Below are positions 22,901-32,893 of a DNA stretch of 64,000 nt, in pieces (within the stretch, counting starts at the first letter, position 1; each line of letters begins with the position of its first letter). This DNA is from Tubulanus polymorphus (Eukaryota > Animalia > Nemertea): assembly GCF_964204645.1 (NCBI RefSeq), contig NC_134027.1, positions 372,001-436,000 on the forward strand, written 5' to 3'. The notes below the pieces were generated by a model, which worked only from the letters and a program-made list of their open reading frames with translations, was not told the origin of the DNA and searched no databases. The position numbers were made by a program, and so were the translations under genes.

Positions 22901-25900
22901 CTGGAAATTTGGATCCAGCTTGCTTTATTGATCCGAAGTCTGAAGGACTGACGACTTACGTGACTCACGCCATTTCAACAGAAATTCTACAAACGGACGC
23001 ACAATTCATAGTAGCGTTAGATTTTATTGAGACAGATAGTGGTAGAATACCACCACAGTTACTGATACCACACTCTAACATCCCATGCACTATCGAGATG
23101 TTTACAGTCCATCAATCAGACTCAATGATTCAACAATTCATCAGAGAACTCAGCGACGCTTCGGACTTCGTTAAGAATATCGTTCTCGGAAAGAAACAAT
23201 CGCGTAATGGTGAATATAGAATCAATCATACCGATTTACGTCTGTTGTATTCAGGGGCTTTACACCGGACTATAACACCTGAATCATAACCAAAAACATG
23301 AAAATACTCACAAAATGAAAATCATTTAAAATTAAACTACCGTACTATCTTTGATGTCACCCTCTTAATTATTGTGAAAACTTTATTTCAAAATGATAAT
23401 ACACTGAAGTAGATTTAGAGATGTTGTATAAGTTTTGTTTTGTTCTAGTTGAGAAGTTAAGTTGTGCGCAGATCAATGTTCCAGGATTATCGATACCGAA
23501 TCAGAGTCAAGCTAAAGCTTACCGCGCCGCACTACAACATCCGTTTACTGTTATTCAAGGACCTGCTGGCTCCGGTATTAAACCAGCGAAAAACGATCTT
23601 CGGTTTAGTAAAGATTCAAAATTTGAAATGTAACATGTTTAATTGTTGTAGGTAAAACGGAGACAGCAGTACGGATTATAACAGGATTTGTGTTACACAA
23701 TCGAACGTCTGCCTTACAGCGCGGTGACAAACTAAAAGTCGTCTGCTGCTGTCCAACTGAATCATCCGCTGATTGTGTCGCAGGTAATCAAGTTGTAAAT
23801 GTCTGTGTGGAGTAAATGTTGATTGTTCCTTGAAAATTGTTTCTACGAAAATGAATGTCATTCATTTATGGTTCAAATGATTGAAATTGTTACAAAAATC
23901 ACTAAATTACGATAGAAATATTTGTAACTTATCGTATATTTTGTAGATGTATTGAAACTGGTGAACGTCTGCAGCCCTCCACTCGATATAACACGTGTTT
24001 ACAGTCAGTCTCATGAAGAGTTTCTATTCTGTTTACCTGATTCTACTTTACCTCCATCAGCTCAATATTCTAATCATCTAAAGGTTTGTTAATTACTGCA
24101 TCTTACTGTCTCAACGCTAAGATTATCACTTGTCAGAAAGGCCACATCAACTTCTTGATATGTTTTTGCGCTGATAAAAATGTGTTCATCTTTATTGTGT
24201 TAGGTTAAAGACCGACACAAGGAAATTGCACTTCATCACAAGATCAGAAGAGAACATCAAGGGTTAGACAATCACCAGGGGTCGGAGCGACTGAGTCTAA
24301 TGGAGGATATGAAAAAAGAGATTATTAATTGTGAGATTTTATTGTGTACTTGTCGCACGTTCATGAGAAATATGATTCAATCAGCTCTAAACAAGTGTCA
24401 AGTTACTCAGGTATGTTGAACTCGTAATAAACTCTCGATTTGGACATAGTGCTATACATGTACATAATGATATAAATAGTACTGTATATATTGGGTGTAC
24501 ATAATGATGAACGTAACTTGTAGAGTGATAAAATTATGTCACAAAAAATACAATAAGAGAATTTTTATCAACCAACTAAATTAGATTTGTGGCATTGCTA
24601 AAATTGGTTGAGATTATTCTCAAATTCATAGAATTCAAATGATGTTTGATTGTTATTTCTCTAGCTGGTAATAGATGATAATAATATGATAAGTGAACCG
24701 GAATCTATCGCTGTGATATCGGCGTCAAAATGTCAGCAGATAATTCTGCTAGGTGATTCGCTACAGCTACAGCCGTTTGTGATCAGCGATGAAGCTCGAT
24801 CTCTCGGTCTCAACAAATCTTTATTCTCTAGATATGAAAATAAAGCAATACGTTTAGAATCGCAGTATAGGATGGTGAGTATTCTGCCGACCTGTAAACC
24901 CACATGAATTCATGAGTAAAGAATCATGTGAATCTAGCCTCTCTGTAAGATAAGGGTAGATAGCTGAATAAGGTTTTTAGAGGGTCTGTTTTAGATGCAT
25001 ACTTTGTAGTGAATTCTGAGGCTTGGATGAATTTTAGACTTTAATAATACTATTCTATGTTTAATTTATAAAGCAGTGGAATCCCTATAGTTTATCTGTG
25101 CAGAAAATATTTAAAGTTTTTAGAAAAAGTTATGAATCAGTCTAAAAAATGATGTCATTTTTCAGCATGAAGGTTTAGCTAAATTACCGTCTAAATTGTG
25201 GTACGAGAACTCACTGAAATGTGGAATGGAATCGAAACAGAGGAAAGGATCACCAATTAATATTTGGCCGGCGGGTGACGAGAATCCGATCGTTTTCGCT
25301 CATGTTGTCGGAAATGAGGAATTCATTTTACTTCCATCAACGGCAGACGATGGAATGAAGAAATCTTACTTGAACCAGTTGGAAGTACTTTACGCTGTAA
25401 GTTGATTTAATGGGGAGAGATAAGGGATGAGGGGGGAAAAGGAGGGGCTAGAAGACTTATTTTACTAAGTTTCTCGATGTTTCAATTGGTTAGGGGGTTT
25501 AAAAGTCTGCTAAATCTTGCATCTCTACTTTATAAACAGCCTCAAGATTTGAGTTAAAATGACATGCTTTGCATCTGCACTTGTTGCTAATAGTTACCCG
25601 CTGTATTGTGATTATTTTATTGTAGGTTTCTATTGGAATTGAATTAATTTCTAAGCGGAGTATTTCAGCGGAGAGCGTCGCTATTCTTACGCCATATGAA
25701 GCACAATGCGTTGAACTTACCGAAGTCTGGAAACAAGAAACTAACGCAGAAATTCAAATTCAAACAATCAATGAAAGTCAAGGTATTGATCATGATATTG
25801 TTATAATCTCTAGGCAACAGTTTCATCTACTCAATAACAAATTTACCAGAAATCTTGTACCATAAAGTAAAAATGAGTAACCATGGTAATAACTGACAAA

Positions 25901-26709
25901 TTTAGAATGTGTCATTGATATATGTATAAGAAGATCTGAAAGCTCCCTAGTTAGTTACCTAATTGTTGGTGGTAAGCTTTTTATAATCGGATGGGCTTGT
26001 GTGAAAGTATCTGATCGTGAAACTAAACCACAGACAGGTCACCGACTAAAAGCTCCCTAAGTCTTCCCTTAGTCGAGATACTTGCGTGTTTATAAGTAGG
26101 CGAGACCAAGCTTTCATCAATTTGTTTCACAGTAAATCAGATTTCATGTCATTTGATTTTCAGGGCATGAATGGAACTATGTGATTTTATCGACAGTTCG
26201 CTCGTGCCCTCGGAGTATGATCGAGAAACACCCGACTCCGACCTGGAGGAATCTACGTCTCGGATGTTTACATGATCCAAATTTAGTCAACGTAGCTCTT
26301 ACTAGAGCTAAAAACGGTTTGATTATAATTGGTAAGTTTCTCAAGTTTCTGAATGTGTGATGTCATTTTGGTTCGCAGCAAACACAGTTAATTAGTGATT
26401 TACATGAGAGATCAGCTCAACGTACCGCAAGTCTCCAGCACCATCGAACCTAGACCCACAGTTGTGGATTTGACTCAGGATTGAAAATGAACTGATTTTG
26501 AATGAATTGACTCTTGTTGATTAAACTGAATCCTCTTTAGCTGCTCGGTCACTATTGTTATCTATTGAATGAATATGATTCTATTTTCAGGGAATCAATT
26601 TCTACTGAACTGTTGTGAACCGTGGAATCAACTTCTTACCAGTTACCGAGAAATGACAGCTGTTTTAAAAGCTGAAGATTTTATCAGTCAAATTCAAAAT
26701 TCTAGATAA
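1801..26709 (+). CDS. HELZ2: HELZ2-like zinc-finger / SF1 helicase / RNB / SF1 helicase protein, 34 exons, ~3,850 aa
   Basis: Phase-consistent exons: 1801-1932, 2187-2217, 2917-4125, 4281-4370, 4571-4923, 5734-5926, 6366-8082, 8444-8654, 8760-8867, 8943-9074, 9813-10067, 10369-10499, 10717-10869, 11215-11380, 12118-12266, 12522-12713, 13028-13145, 14885-15659, 15935-16365, 16737-16855, 17348-19113, 19229-19541, 21426-22345, 22428-22514, 22886-23209, 23449-23574, 23652-23783, 23947-24083, 24204-24410, 24665-24874, 25166-25396, 25626-25782, 26164-26331, 26591-26709 (TAA); sum 11,562 nt. ZnF-helicase-RNB-helicase order is diagnostic of HELZ2. First two exons are tentative. Confidence 0.88.
2645..2776. 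mobile_element. Short MITE (PIF/Harbinger-like GGGCCAGTT ends); other copies at 17163-17271 (inverted) and 47674-47818
   Basis: Ends gggccagttgcatagtca / tgactgtgcaaccagccc and shared internal ttaagaccagtctta sequence in three places. Confidence 0.65.
2917..4125 (+). CDS. HELZ2: HELZ2-like exon 3: coding minisatellite of ~11-aa AKPKEAKETEA repeats
   Basis: tttcag acceptor, open ~400 codons, 33-bp unit, phase-1 donor fits the next exon 4281-4370. Confidence 0.7.
4571..4923 (+). CDS. HELZ2: HELZ2-like exon, first Cys/His module
   Basis: LACDVCF...HVC...WLKIRPRP; cag acceptor, gtacgt donor. Confidence 0.85.
5734..5926 (+). CDS. HELZ2: HELZ2-like exon, CCCH zinc finger
   Basis: CQQIQDGRPCLKGDNNCRFAH; 3' end requires a GC donor (see findings). 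Confidence 0.8.
6366..8082 (+). CDS. HELZ2: HELZ2-like exon, three CCCH fingers, TTPG repeats, matrin-type C2H2
   Basis: C..C..ACRFVH, C..C..NCVDAH, C..C..VCYFAH; FYCQYCTVRCNSSTQWEIHCSSDTH; CC|gtaagt donor. Confidence 0.9.
8172..8385. repeat. 17-bp tandem repeat aactgtggaactgagtc
   Basis: Two short blocks; reverse complement of the core of the 9.1-9.7 kb repeat. Confidence 0.9.
8444..8654 (+). CDS. HELZ2: HELZ2-like exon, last CCCH finger
   Basis: HYAREQCRY...SCRFAHTQDELDEWKER. Confidence 0.88.
9100..9725. repeat. 20-bp minisatellite ggatccagttccacagttc(t/a), ~30 copies
   Basis: Direct periodicity in HELZ2 intron 9075-9812. Confidence 0.95.
9813..10067 (+). CDS. HELZ2: HELZ2-like exon, HELZ/MOV10-type pre-helicase region
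   Basis: FGSFSQWLIFDFGSRPVLVRKLQV, typical of HELZ/HELZ2. Confidence 0.88.
11402..12096. repeat. 40-bp minisatellite, ~17 copies, resembling the start of the next exon
   Basis: Unit gttgatttagaagtacagttttagactgattgtatctgtg vs exon start gttcatttagaagtacaatttca at 12118. Confidence 0.95.
12522..12713 (+). CDS. HELZ2: HELZ2-like exon, helicase 1 Q-motif, Walker A, motif Ia
   Basis: LNKDQ...IYGPFGTGKT...ILISTHSN(S). Confidence 0.95.
12700..12858 (+). repeat. 28-bp repeat, 6 copies of an exon end plus 5' splice site
   Basis: actcattcaaacag|gtaatcaatataca at 12700, 12728 ... 12840. Confidence 0.95.
13288..14850. repeat. 10-bp/20-bp satellite (tccgccctgg or tgcaccctgg alternating with tccaccctag), ~155 decamers
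   Basis: Strict 10-bp register over ~1.56 kb in HELZ2 intron 13146-14884. Confidence 0.98.
14885..15659 (+). CDS. HELZ2: HELZ2-like exon, helicase 1 motifs II-V
   Basis: HILLDEAAQ, VAGDYMQM, SLLERL, NYRT, VVTPYHDQ, TVQNVQG. Confidence 0.95.
15935..16365 (+). CDS. HELZ2: HELZ2-like exon, helicase 1 motif VI plus Ala/Thr tract
   Basis: KEFRAVFISTVRT...GFLSDQKLLNTALTRAE. Confidence 0.92.
17348..19113 (+). CDS. HELZ2: HELZ2-like exon, cold-shock-like and RNB (RNase II/R) domain
   Basis: RDDLRDLLVFTI..., IGVHVSDVS, LLPERLAIDLCSLKP..DRLAISV, RLVEELQI. Confidence 0.92.
19229..19541 (+). CDS. HELZ2: HELZ2-like exon, RNB C-terminal motif
   Basis: YHLLNLSPFTCFTSPLHRFVDIVVQRLL corresponds to the RNB HFTSPIRRYxD motif. 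Confidence 0.92.
19651..21455 (+). repeat. 86-bp minisatellite, 21 copies, each with a 3' splice site plus the first ~30 nt of the next exon
   Basis: Unit agcgccatctggtgtgtatcaccagtacctgattgcagtatttatatctatttcag|ttttatcgatgctactctgtctcttcacgt; two 84-bp variants. Confidence 0.98.
21426..22345 (+). CDS. HELZ2: HELZ2-like exon, RNB-helicase 2 linker
   Basis: Only the last acceptor of the 86-bp array gives an open frame; LCIEH..P..CF, YIDAWLPLLEME. Confidence 0.85.
22534..22826. repeat. 42-bp minisatellite, ~7 copies
   Basis: cttcaggggagatgagagttgagatgaggtggtcgtgcacca. Confidence 0.95.
23449..23783 (+). CDS. HELZ2: HELZ2-like exons 23449-23574 and 23652-23783, helicase 2 Walker A split by an intron
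   Basis: PNQSQ...FTVIQGPAGS|GKT. Confidence 0.9.
24665..24874 (+). CDS. HELZ2: HELZ2-like exon, helicase 2 motifs II-IV
   Basis: LVIDDNNMISEPES, LLGDSLQLQP, SLFSRY, QYRM. Confidence 0.9.
25166..26709 (+). CDS. HELZ2: HELZ2-like last four exons, helicase 2 C-terminal lobe
   Basis: ILTPYEAQ, SQGHEWNYVILSTVRS, NVALTRAKNGLIIIGNQFLL, stop TAA 26707-26709. Confidence 0.92.
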
Positions 26710-26847
26710 CTGAAACTTTGTTCAATTAGTCTTCGTAAAAGTGATGTACAATTATGTGGACCATGACAATGATTATAAACTCATTCAAATTAAGGTTGAG
26801 TTAGTGGTTGAGTTATTTCAAATGAAAACTTGTATTGTAAAAAGGTA

Positions 26848-27080
26848 CAGCTGTTGGGGGAGGCGTAATGGTTGGATCAGCTCTCCTTGTAGGGGGGGGT
26901 GTAATGGTTAGATCAGCTCTCCTTGTAGGGGGGGTGTAATGGTTAGATCAGCTCTCCTTGTAGGGGGGGGGTGTAATGGTTAGATCAGCTCTCCTTGTTG
27001 GGAGGGGGTGTAATGGTTAGATCAGCTCTCCTTGTAGGGGGGGGGGGGTGTAATGGTTAGATCAGCTCTCCTTGTAGGGA
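26848..27080. repeat. ~36-40-bp repeat with variable poly-G, ~6 copies, in the HELZ2 3' region
   Basis: gtaatggttagatcagctctccttgtag(g)n. Confidence 0.92.
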
Positions 27081-27654
27081 GCGTGTCTTCCTTGATGTAA
27101 ACATCAGTAAAATGAACTGCATTGTCTAAACGTATATCCTACATTCCAGGATGAATATTGTCTCATGTTTTCCAAGCAATGATTATATATATATATATAT
27201 AGTTTATAATCAAAAATGTTGCAAATAATGAATACTGTGTTTAATGCAGTAACTGCTGATCTGTAAATGAATGATTAATGAATACATTCCAGCCATTTTA
27301 ATCTTATATTACATGTAGTAGACTAAAAATTGATTAATACTTCCATCTGTTGCTGATTATACACTAATTATTAGAAAGATACTTTCATAAAGATATTTTC
27401 GTTTAAACAGCTGATCGAACTGTTGACAAATCTGTCCATTCGATAATTGTGATGCTATTTAATTTTCATTAAAGGTTGTTAACTAGAATATCTGAAATGT
27501 TTTTTATTTGTATGTCAGTAAGCCACACCTCAGTCACTAACGTTAATCAACTCTGGTAAGCTAGGGTTACGGAGGGCACATCGATTGCCAGAGGTGACTT
27601 TAGTTAGTGTATGAAAATTCCGCTAACGATTAGCGTAGAGGCAGCACCGTACGG

Positions 27655-28272
27655 TCGGGATACCCCTGTTCATCCTCTATTCAGCATCAGGACCACTCTG
27701 AACCAGTATCAGTAATCACTGGGTTCGAACCCAGGACACCCCTGTACGTCCTAAATCCAGCATCAGTACAACTCTGAATCAGTAGTTACTGGGATCGAAC
27801 CCGGGACACCCCTGTACATCCTAAATTCAGCATCAGTACACCTCTGAATCAGTAATTACTTGGTTGGAGCCCGGGACACCCCTGTACATCCTCTATTCAA
27901 CATCAGGACCACTCTGAATAAGTGTCAGTAATCAATGGATTCGAACCCAGGACATCCCTGTACATCCTCTATTCAGCATCAGGACCAATCTGAATAAGTG
28001 TCAGTAATCAATGGATTCGAACCCGGGACATCCCTGTACATCCTCTATTCAGCATCAGCACTATTCTGAATCAGTATCAATAATTAATGGATTCGAACCC
28101 GGGACAACCCTGTACACCCTCTATTCAGCATCAGGAGCACTGAACCAGTATCAGTAATTAATGGATTCGAACCTGGGACACCCCTATATTCAGCATCAGG
28201 ACCACTGAACCAGTATCAGTAATTAATGGATTCGAACTCGGGACACCCCTGTACATCATCTATTCAGCATCA
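27655..28272 (-). repeat. 65-76-bp tandem array with a tRNA B-box-like core, ~8-9 copies
   Basis: Minus strand reads cccgggttcgaatcc in most units (T-loop/B-box consensus GGTTCGANTCC). Confidence 0.75.
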
Positions 28273-28289
28273 CTTTTGTTAAGATATAA

Positions 28290-28469
28290 ACATTTCACCG
28301 TATGGTGCTGCCGCTACGCTCATCGTTAGCGGGATTTTCATACACTAACGTTAGTCCACTCTGGCAAGCTAGGGTTAGGAGGGCACATGGATTGCCAGAG
28401 GTGACTTTAGATAGTGTATGAAAATTCCGCTAACGATGAGCATAGCGACAGCACCATACGGTGAAATGT
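28290..28469. mobile_element. MITE with ~58-bp terminal inverted repeats; truncated copy at 27535-27655
   Basis: acatttcaccgtatggtgctg...catacacta (28290-28347) is complementary to tagtgtatg...catacggtgaaatgt (28412-28469). Confidence 0.8.
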
Positions 28470-30374
28470 CGGCTATTCCGTTTTCCCCCCACCGGATTCC
28501 GCACTCCGCTATTTGACAATGCCCAGGTCACTACTGTGCAATTGAGCCCAGATCATCAGAAAAAGTGAAGATGTGATGGGATTCATTGAAAATTTGGCAT
28601 ATATAATTAATTCATTGAACTACTTTATTTGCATTATTTATTTTTCTGGGAATTTTCGAATTTTTCATCAATAACTAGTATATATTTCTTTTCAAGTTGT
28701 GAGCGATCTAGTTCTCTGTAGACCCATCGAAAATGAATCGACTCTGAACTGTAGAACTGGACCCAGGGAACTGAATCTCGCGTGCCACAGCAAGATACAG
28801 AGCTCTTCAGTGTATTAACCGTCAGGTGCTGCCCCTAAACAAATCAATAGCGATAAATCTGTGAACTAACTTATAGCTCGCTTGCCAGAGTAGAATCGTA
28901 ACGCCCTGTCTAAAATCTTGAACCGTCTAGCGCTGCCCCTTAATCGATATGTATCGGAAAAGTGAATTTATTACTCGCATGCCACAGTAGTTGTGTAGTT
29001 GGAACATCATGATAGACTCGTTTTTCTGTGCAGCTATAACGGGAACTATTTCAGATCTGACAATGAATATAAACTCAATCACAGTTCGATAACAAACGCC
29101 GCTGGGTGGAATTGATGTAAACAAATAATCGTGTTGAAATTGAATTTAGTTTAAGATATATTTTTGTGGTAGTTTTTATTTTCAAGCTGTTTACGTTTAC
29201 TTCAAATGATGAAACGATGAAAACATATTAAATACATCCCTGTTTTAGTGGGGATATTGAGTTTTGGTCCTTTCCGTATCTTCTAGAAACATCAAGTAGA
29301 AAGGCATTAACTGAACCCTATGTCTTTAACTTCAGGAGTCTATGGAGTTTTCGGATGCCTCTTTTCCTCACTTCTTGCATATTTCACTAGTAGAAATCTG
29401 GACAAACTGAATTCAGTTCGACGAGGCCGAAGAACAGAAGACCAAAGAGTGATCTGCACTAGCCGCAGGGTTCGTGTTGGCTTGAATCGGTGGGAGGCAA
29501 TCAAACCCCGACACGTGAAGATGTATCCTCAAAAATAAGGATACCGGGACGCTTCTCTGGTTTACGATGATTAGTTTGCAGGGATAACTCTTCGGCGGGG
29601 CGTGATCGCGTGAATAGCCCAAACTAAACCTTCAGAGTTCACTGTACTACAGCATACAACAGCTGATAACTTGCATAATAAAGCGCGGCGTGCATGAAAA
29701 GAATTGTATAAATGCGGGCAAGATTCCGTGCCCTGGCAATCGAACGCTGGAGTGGAGGTATGCCATACACTGGTAGGTGAGTCGGAGCATAGACTGGTTG
29801 CCTGTCCCATAGAGACCGGTAACCAGTCTAGCCACCTCACGATCAGTCTACATTGAAAAACCATTACTGAAATATGGTTGACGGAAATATTCATTTTATA
29901 TCAGATTCTGAAATATTTTCTCATATTGACTACAAAATTTTTTATTATCTTAATAAGATAAATCTGCCAAAGCTCAACAATTTAAATTAGTGAAAACCGA
30001 TGTGCGAAGTCGTCAATTCAGTAGCCTGATAGAACCCGGTAACCAGTCTAACTGTCAATGTTCATTGCGCGGGAATGAACGGGCAACCAGTCTACGATGA
30101 AAAATCATTTATGAAAAATTATGAACGGAGATATTCATTTTACTTTGAATTTTGAATTATCTTATAAAACTGACAGCCATATTAACCAAAGTATTAATAG
30201 TAAATCTGATAAAATCTAATACCGGTTTTAGAATAGGTGAAAACTGATTTATGTGATGCCGTCGGTTCAGAAGACTGATCCGTAGAATCGTTCGCCACTT
30301 TCTTCCGGTCCACTTACTTCCGCGTTTGTGATTTGCATACAAGTAGTTTGAATGTTAAATGTATGAAGCCGCGT

Positions 30375-30458
30375 GTTGATTGGTTGAGGTCAGTGCGGTT
30401 TACTGAACGATGACCAGCTGTCAGCTGATCGAATCATTCGTTTCACAGACATTACGAC
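30375..30458 (+). promoter_or_regulatory. Possible promoter / non-coding first exon of the orphan gene
   Basis: Reverse CCAAT (gattgg) near 30378, tcagt Inr-like, consensus donor gac|gtaagt at 30458; next strong acceptor is 32891 just before the ATG. Confidence 0.35.
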
Positions 30459-31074
30459 GTAAGTATATTTTACATCTTTGATCGAAAATTGTTGTGAAAA
30501 AACTCAAAACTAAGGCCTCTATAAATGATCGATTGACTTTAAATGATTACTTTAGCACAGCTCTTGTAGACAATGATTAGGTGTCATAGTAGTTTAGCTC
30601 GAAAGTGCACATATAAGGTTAATTTTCATCCCTTATTTAGAGACTGAGGTATTGAGCGTCCATTTCAGCCCTTAAACCATCATCAACCTACCTCAAACTG
30701 ACTGTTTTAAATCCAGCAATAGTTACCTAACTATTGACTCATCATGGATTCGATTCAAAAACAATTTTTGATGATCATAGTGATTCGAAACATTTGAATT
30801 TTTGAAAAACGCGAATGCTAAACGACGGATCCGGACTTCCATTGCGGCCCAATGGCAGAGTTGATTTTTTTATTTGGAATTTGAAGATATAAATCACTGA
30901 AATCAATTGGTTTTCTCAACCAAAATTAAAATTAAGAAGAATTTAGGATGGAGATGTTTGATTTTCATTTTGTCTAAAATGCCGATTTAAAAATTAATTT
31001 AATTGAATCAAATTAATGAATTCATCATTTCACGATATTATAGATAATCAAAATGTGAATATGAAATAACCTTT

Positions 31075-32520
31075 TCAATCGCTGTTTTTGGGTAAGATCG
31101 CAGTTTTTAGGTTAGATCGCTGTTTTGTGGTTAGATCACTGTTTTTGGTTAGATTGCTGTTTTGTGTTAGATCGCTGTTTTGTGTTAGATCGCAGTTTTT
31201 AGGTTAGATCGCAGTTTTTGGGTTAAACCGCAGTTTTTTTGTTAGATCGCAGGTTTTAAGTTAGATCACAGTTTTTAGGTTAGATTGCTGTTTTGTGTTA
31301 GATCACTGTTTTTGTGTTAGATCGCAGTTTTGTGTTAGATCGCTGTTTTAGGTTAGATCGCTGTTTTTAGGTTAGATCACAGTTTTTAGGTTACATTGCA
31401 GTATTTAGGTTAGACCGCAGTTTTTTTTGTTAGATCGCAGTTTTTAAGTTAGATCGCTGTTTTGGGTTAGATCACAGTTTTTGTGTTAGATCGCTGTTTT
31501 TGTGTTAGATTGCTGTTTTGTGTTAGATCGCTGTTTTAGGTTAGATCACAGTTTTTAGGTTACATTGCAGTTTTTGGGTTAGATCACAGTTTTTGTGTTA
31601 GATCGCTGTTTTTGGGTTAGATCACTGTTTTTGTGTTAGATAGCTGTTTTTAGGTTAGATTGCTGTTTTTGGGTTAGATCGCTGTTTTTGGGTTAGATCG
31701 CTGTTTTTGTGTTAGATCGCTGTTTTTGGGTTAGATCGCTGTTTTGGGTTAGATCACAGTTTTTGGGTTAGATCGCTGTTTTGGGTTAGATCACAGTTTT
31801 TGTGTTAGATCGCTGTTTTTGGGTTAAATTGCTGTTTTTGTGTTAGATCATTGTTTTTTGTGTTAGATCGCAGTTTTTAGGTTAGATCGCAGTTTTTGTG
31901 TTAGATCGCATTTTTGTGTTAGATCACTGGTTTTTTGTTAGATCCTAGTTTTTAGGTTAGATCGCTGTTTTGTGTTAGATCGCTGTATTTAGGTTAGATC
32001 GCAGTTTTTGTGTTAGATCACTGTTTTTGTGTAAGATAGCAGTTTTTAGGTTAGATCCCAGTTTTTGAGTTAGATCACCGTTTTGGGTTAGATCACAGTT
32101 TTTGTGTTAGATCGCAGTATTTAGGTTAAATTGCTGTTTTAAGGTTAGATCGCAGTTTTTTGTGTTAGATCGCAGTTTTTTGTTAGATCGCATTTTTTGG
32201 GTTAGACCGCTGGTTTTAGGTTAGATCGCAGTTTTTAGGTTAGAACACTGTTTTTCTGTTAGATCGCAGTTTTTGTGTTAGATCGCTGTTTTTAGGTTAG
32301 ATCGCAGTTTTTGTGTTAGATCGCAGTTTTTAGGTTAGATCGCAATTTTTTGTGTAAGATCGCAGTTTTTTATGTCGCTGTTTTTGGGTTAGAAAGCTGT
32401 TTTTGTGTTAGATTGGTGTTTTTAGGTTAGATCACTATTTTTGTGTTAGATCGCTGTTTTTGTGTTAGATCGCTGTTTTTGGGTTAGATCGCTGTTTTTG
32501 AGTTAGATCATGTTTTTGTG
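31075..32520. repeat. ~19-21-bp degenerate minisatellite gttagatcgc(a/t)gttttt(ag/gg/gt), ~70 copies
   Basis: Direct periodicity. Confidence 0.97.
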
Positions 32521-32572
32521 TTTTTGTCAATCATCATATCAAGATTTGCAATCCCAGTTGCCTTCACGTTTC

Positions 32573-32822
32573 ATATAGAGAATTAGTGGATGTGGTGTCC
32601 CTGGACCCCTACATGCACCATATAGAGAATTAGTGGATGTGGTGTCCCTGGACCCCTACATGCACCATATAGAGAATTAGTGGATGTGGTGTCCCTGGAC
32701 CCCTACATGCACCATATAGAGAATTAGTGGATGTGGTGTCCCTGGACCCCTACATGCACCATATAGAGAATTAGTGGATGTGGTGTCCCTGGACCCCTAC
32801 ATGCACCATATAAAGAATTAGT
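32573..32822. repeat. 47-bp minisatellite, ~5 copies
   Basis: atatagagaattagtggatgtggtgtccctggacccctacatgcacc. Confidence 0.95.
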
Positions 32823-32893
32823 TCACTGAACCAGAATAAGACTGACTGATATATTTTCAAATGATTTAATATTTTTACTTGTTTTTCTAGATA

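Noticed and set aside
27655-28272. Cluster of true tRNA genes
   Set aside because: Only the T-arm-like motif is present; no D-arm/A-box or acceptor stem
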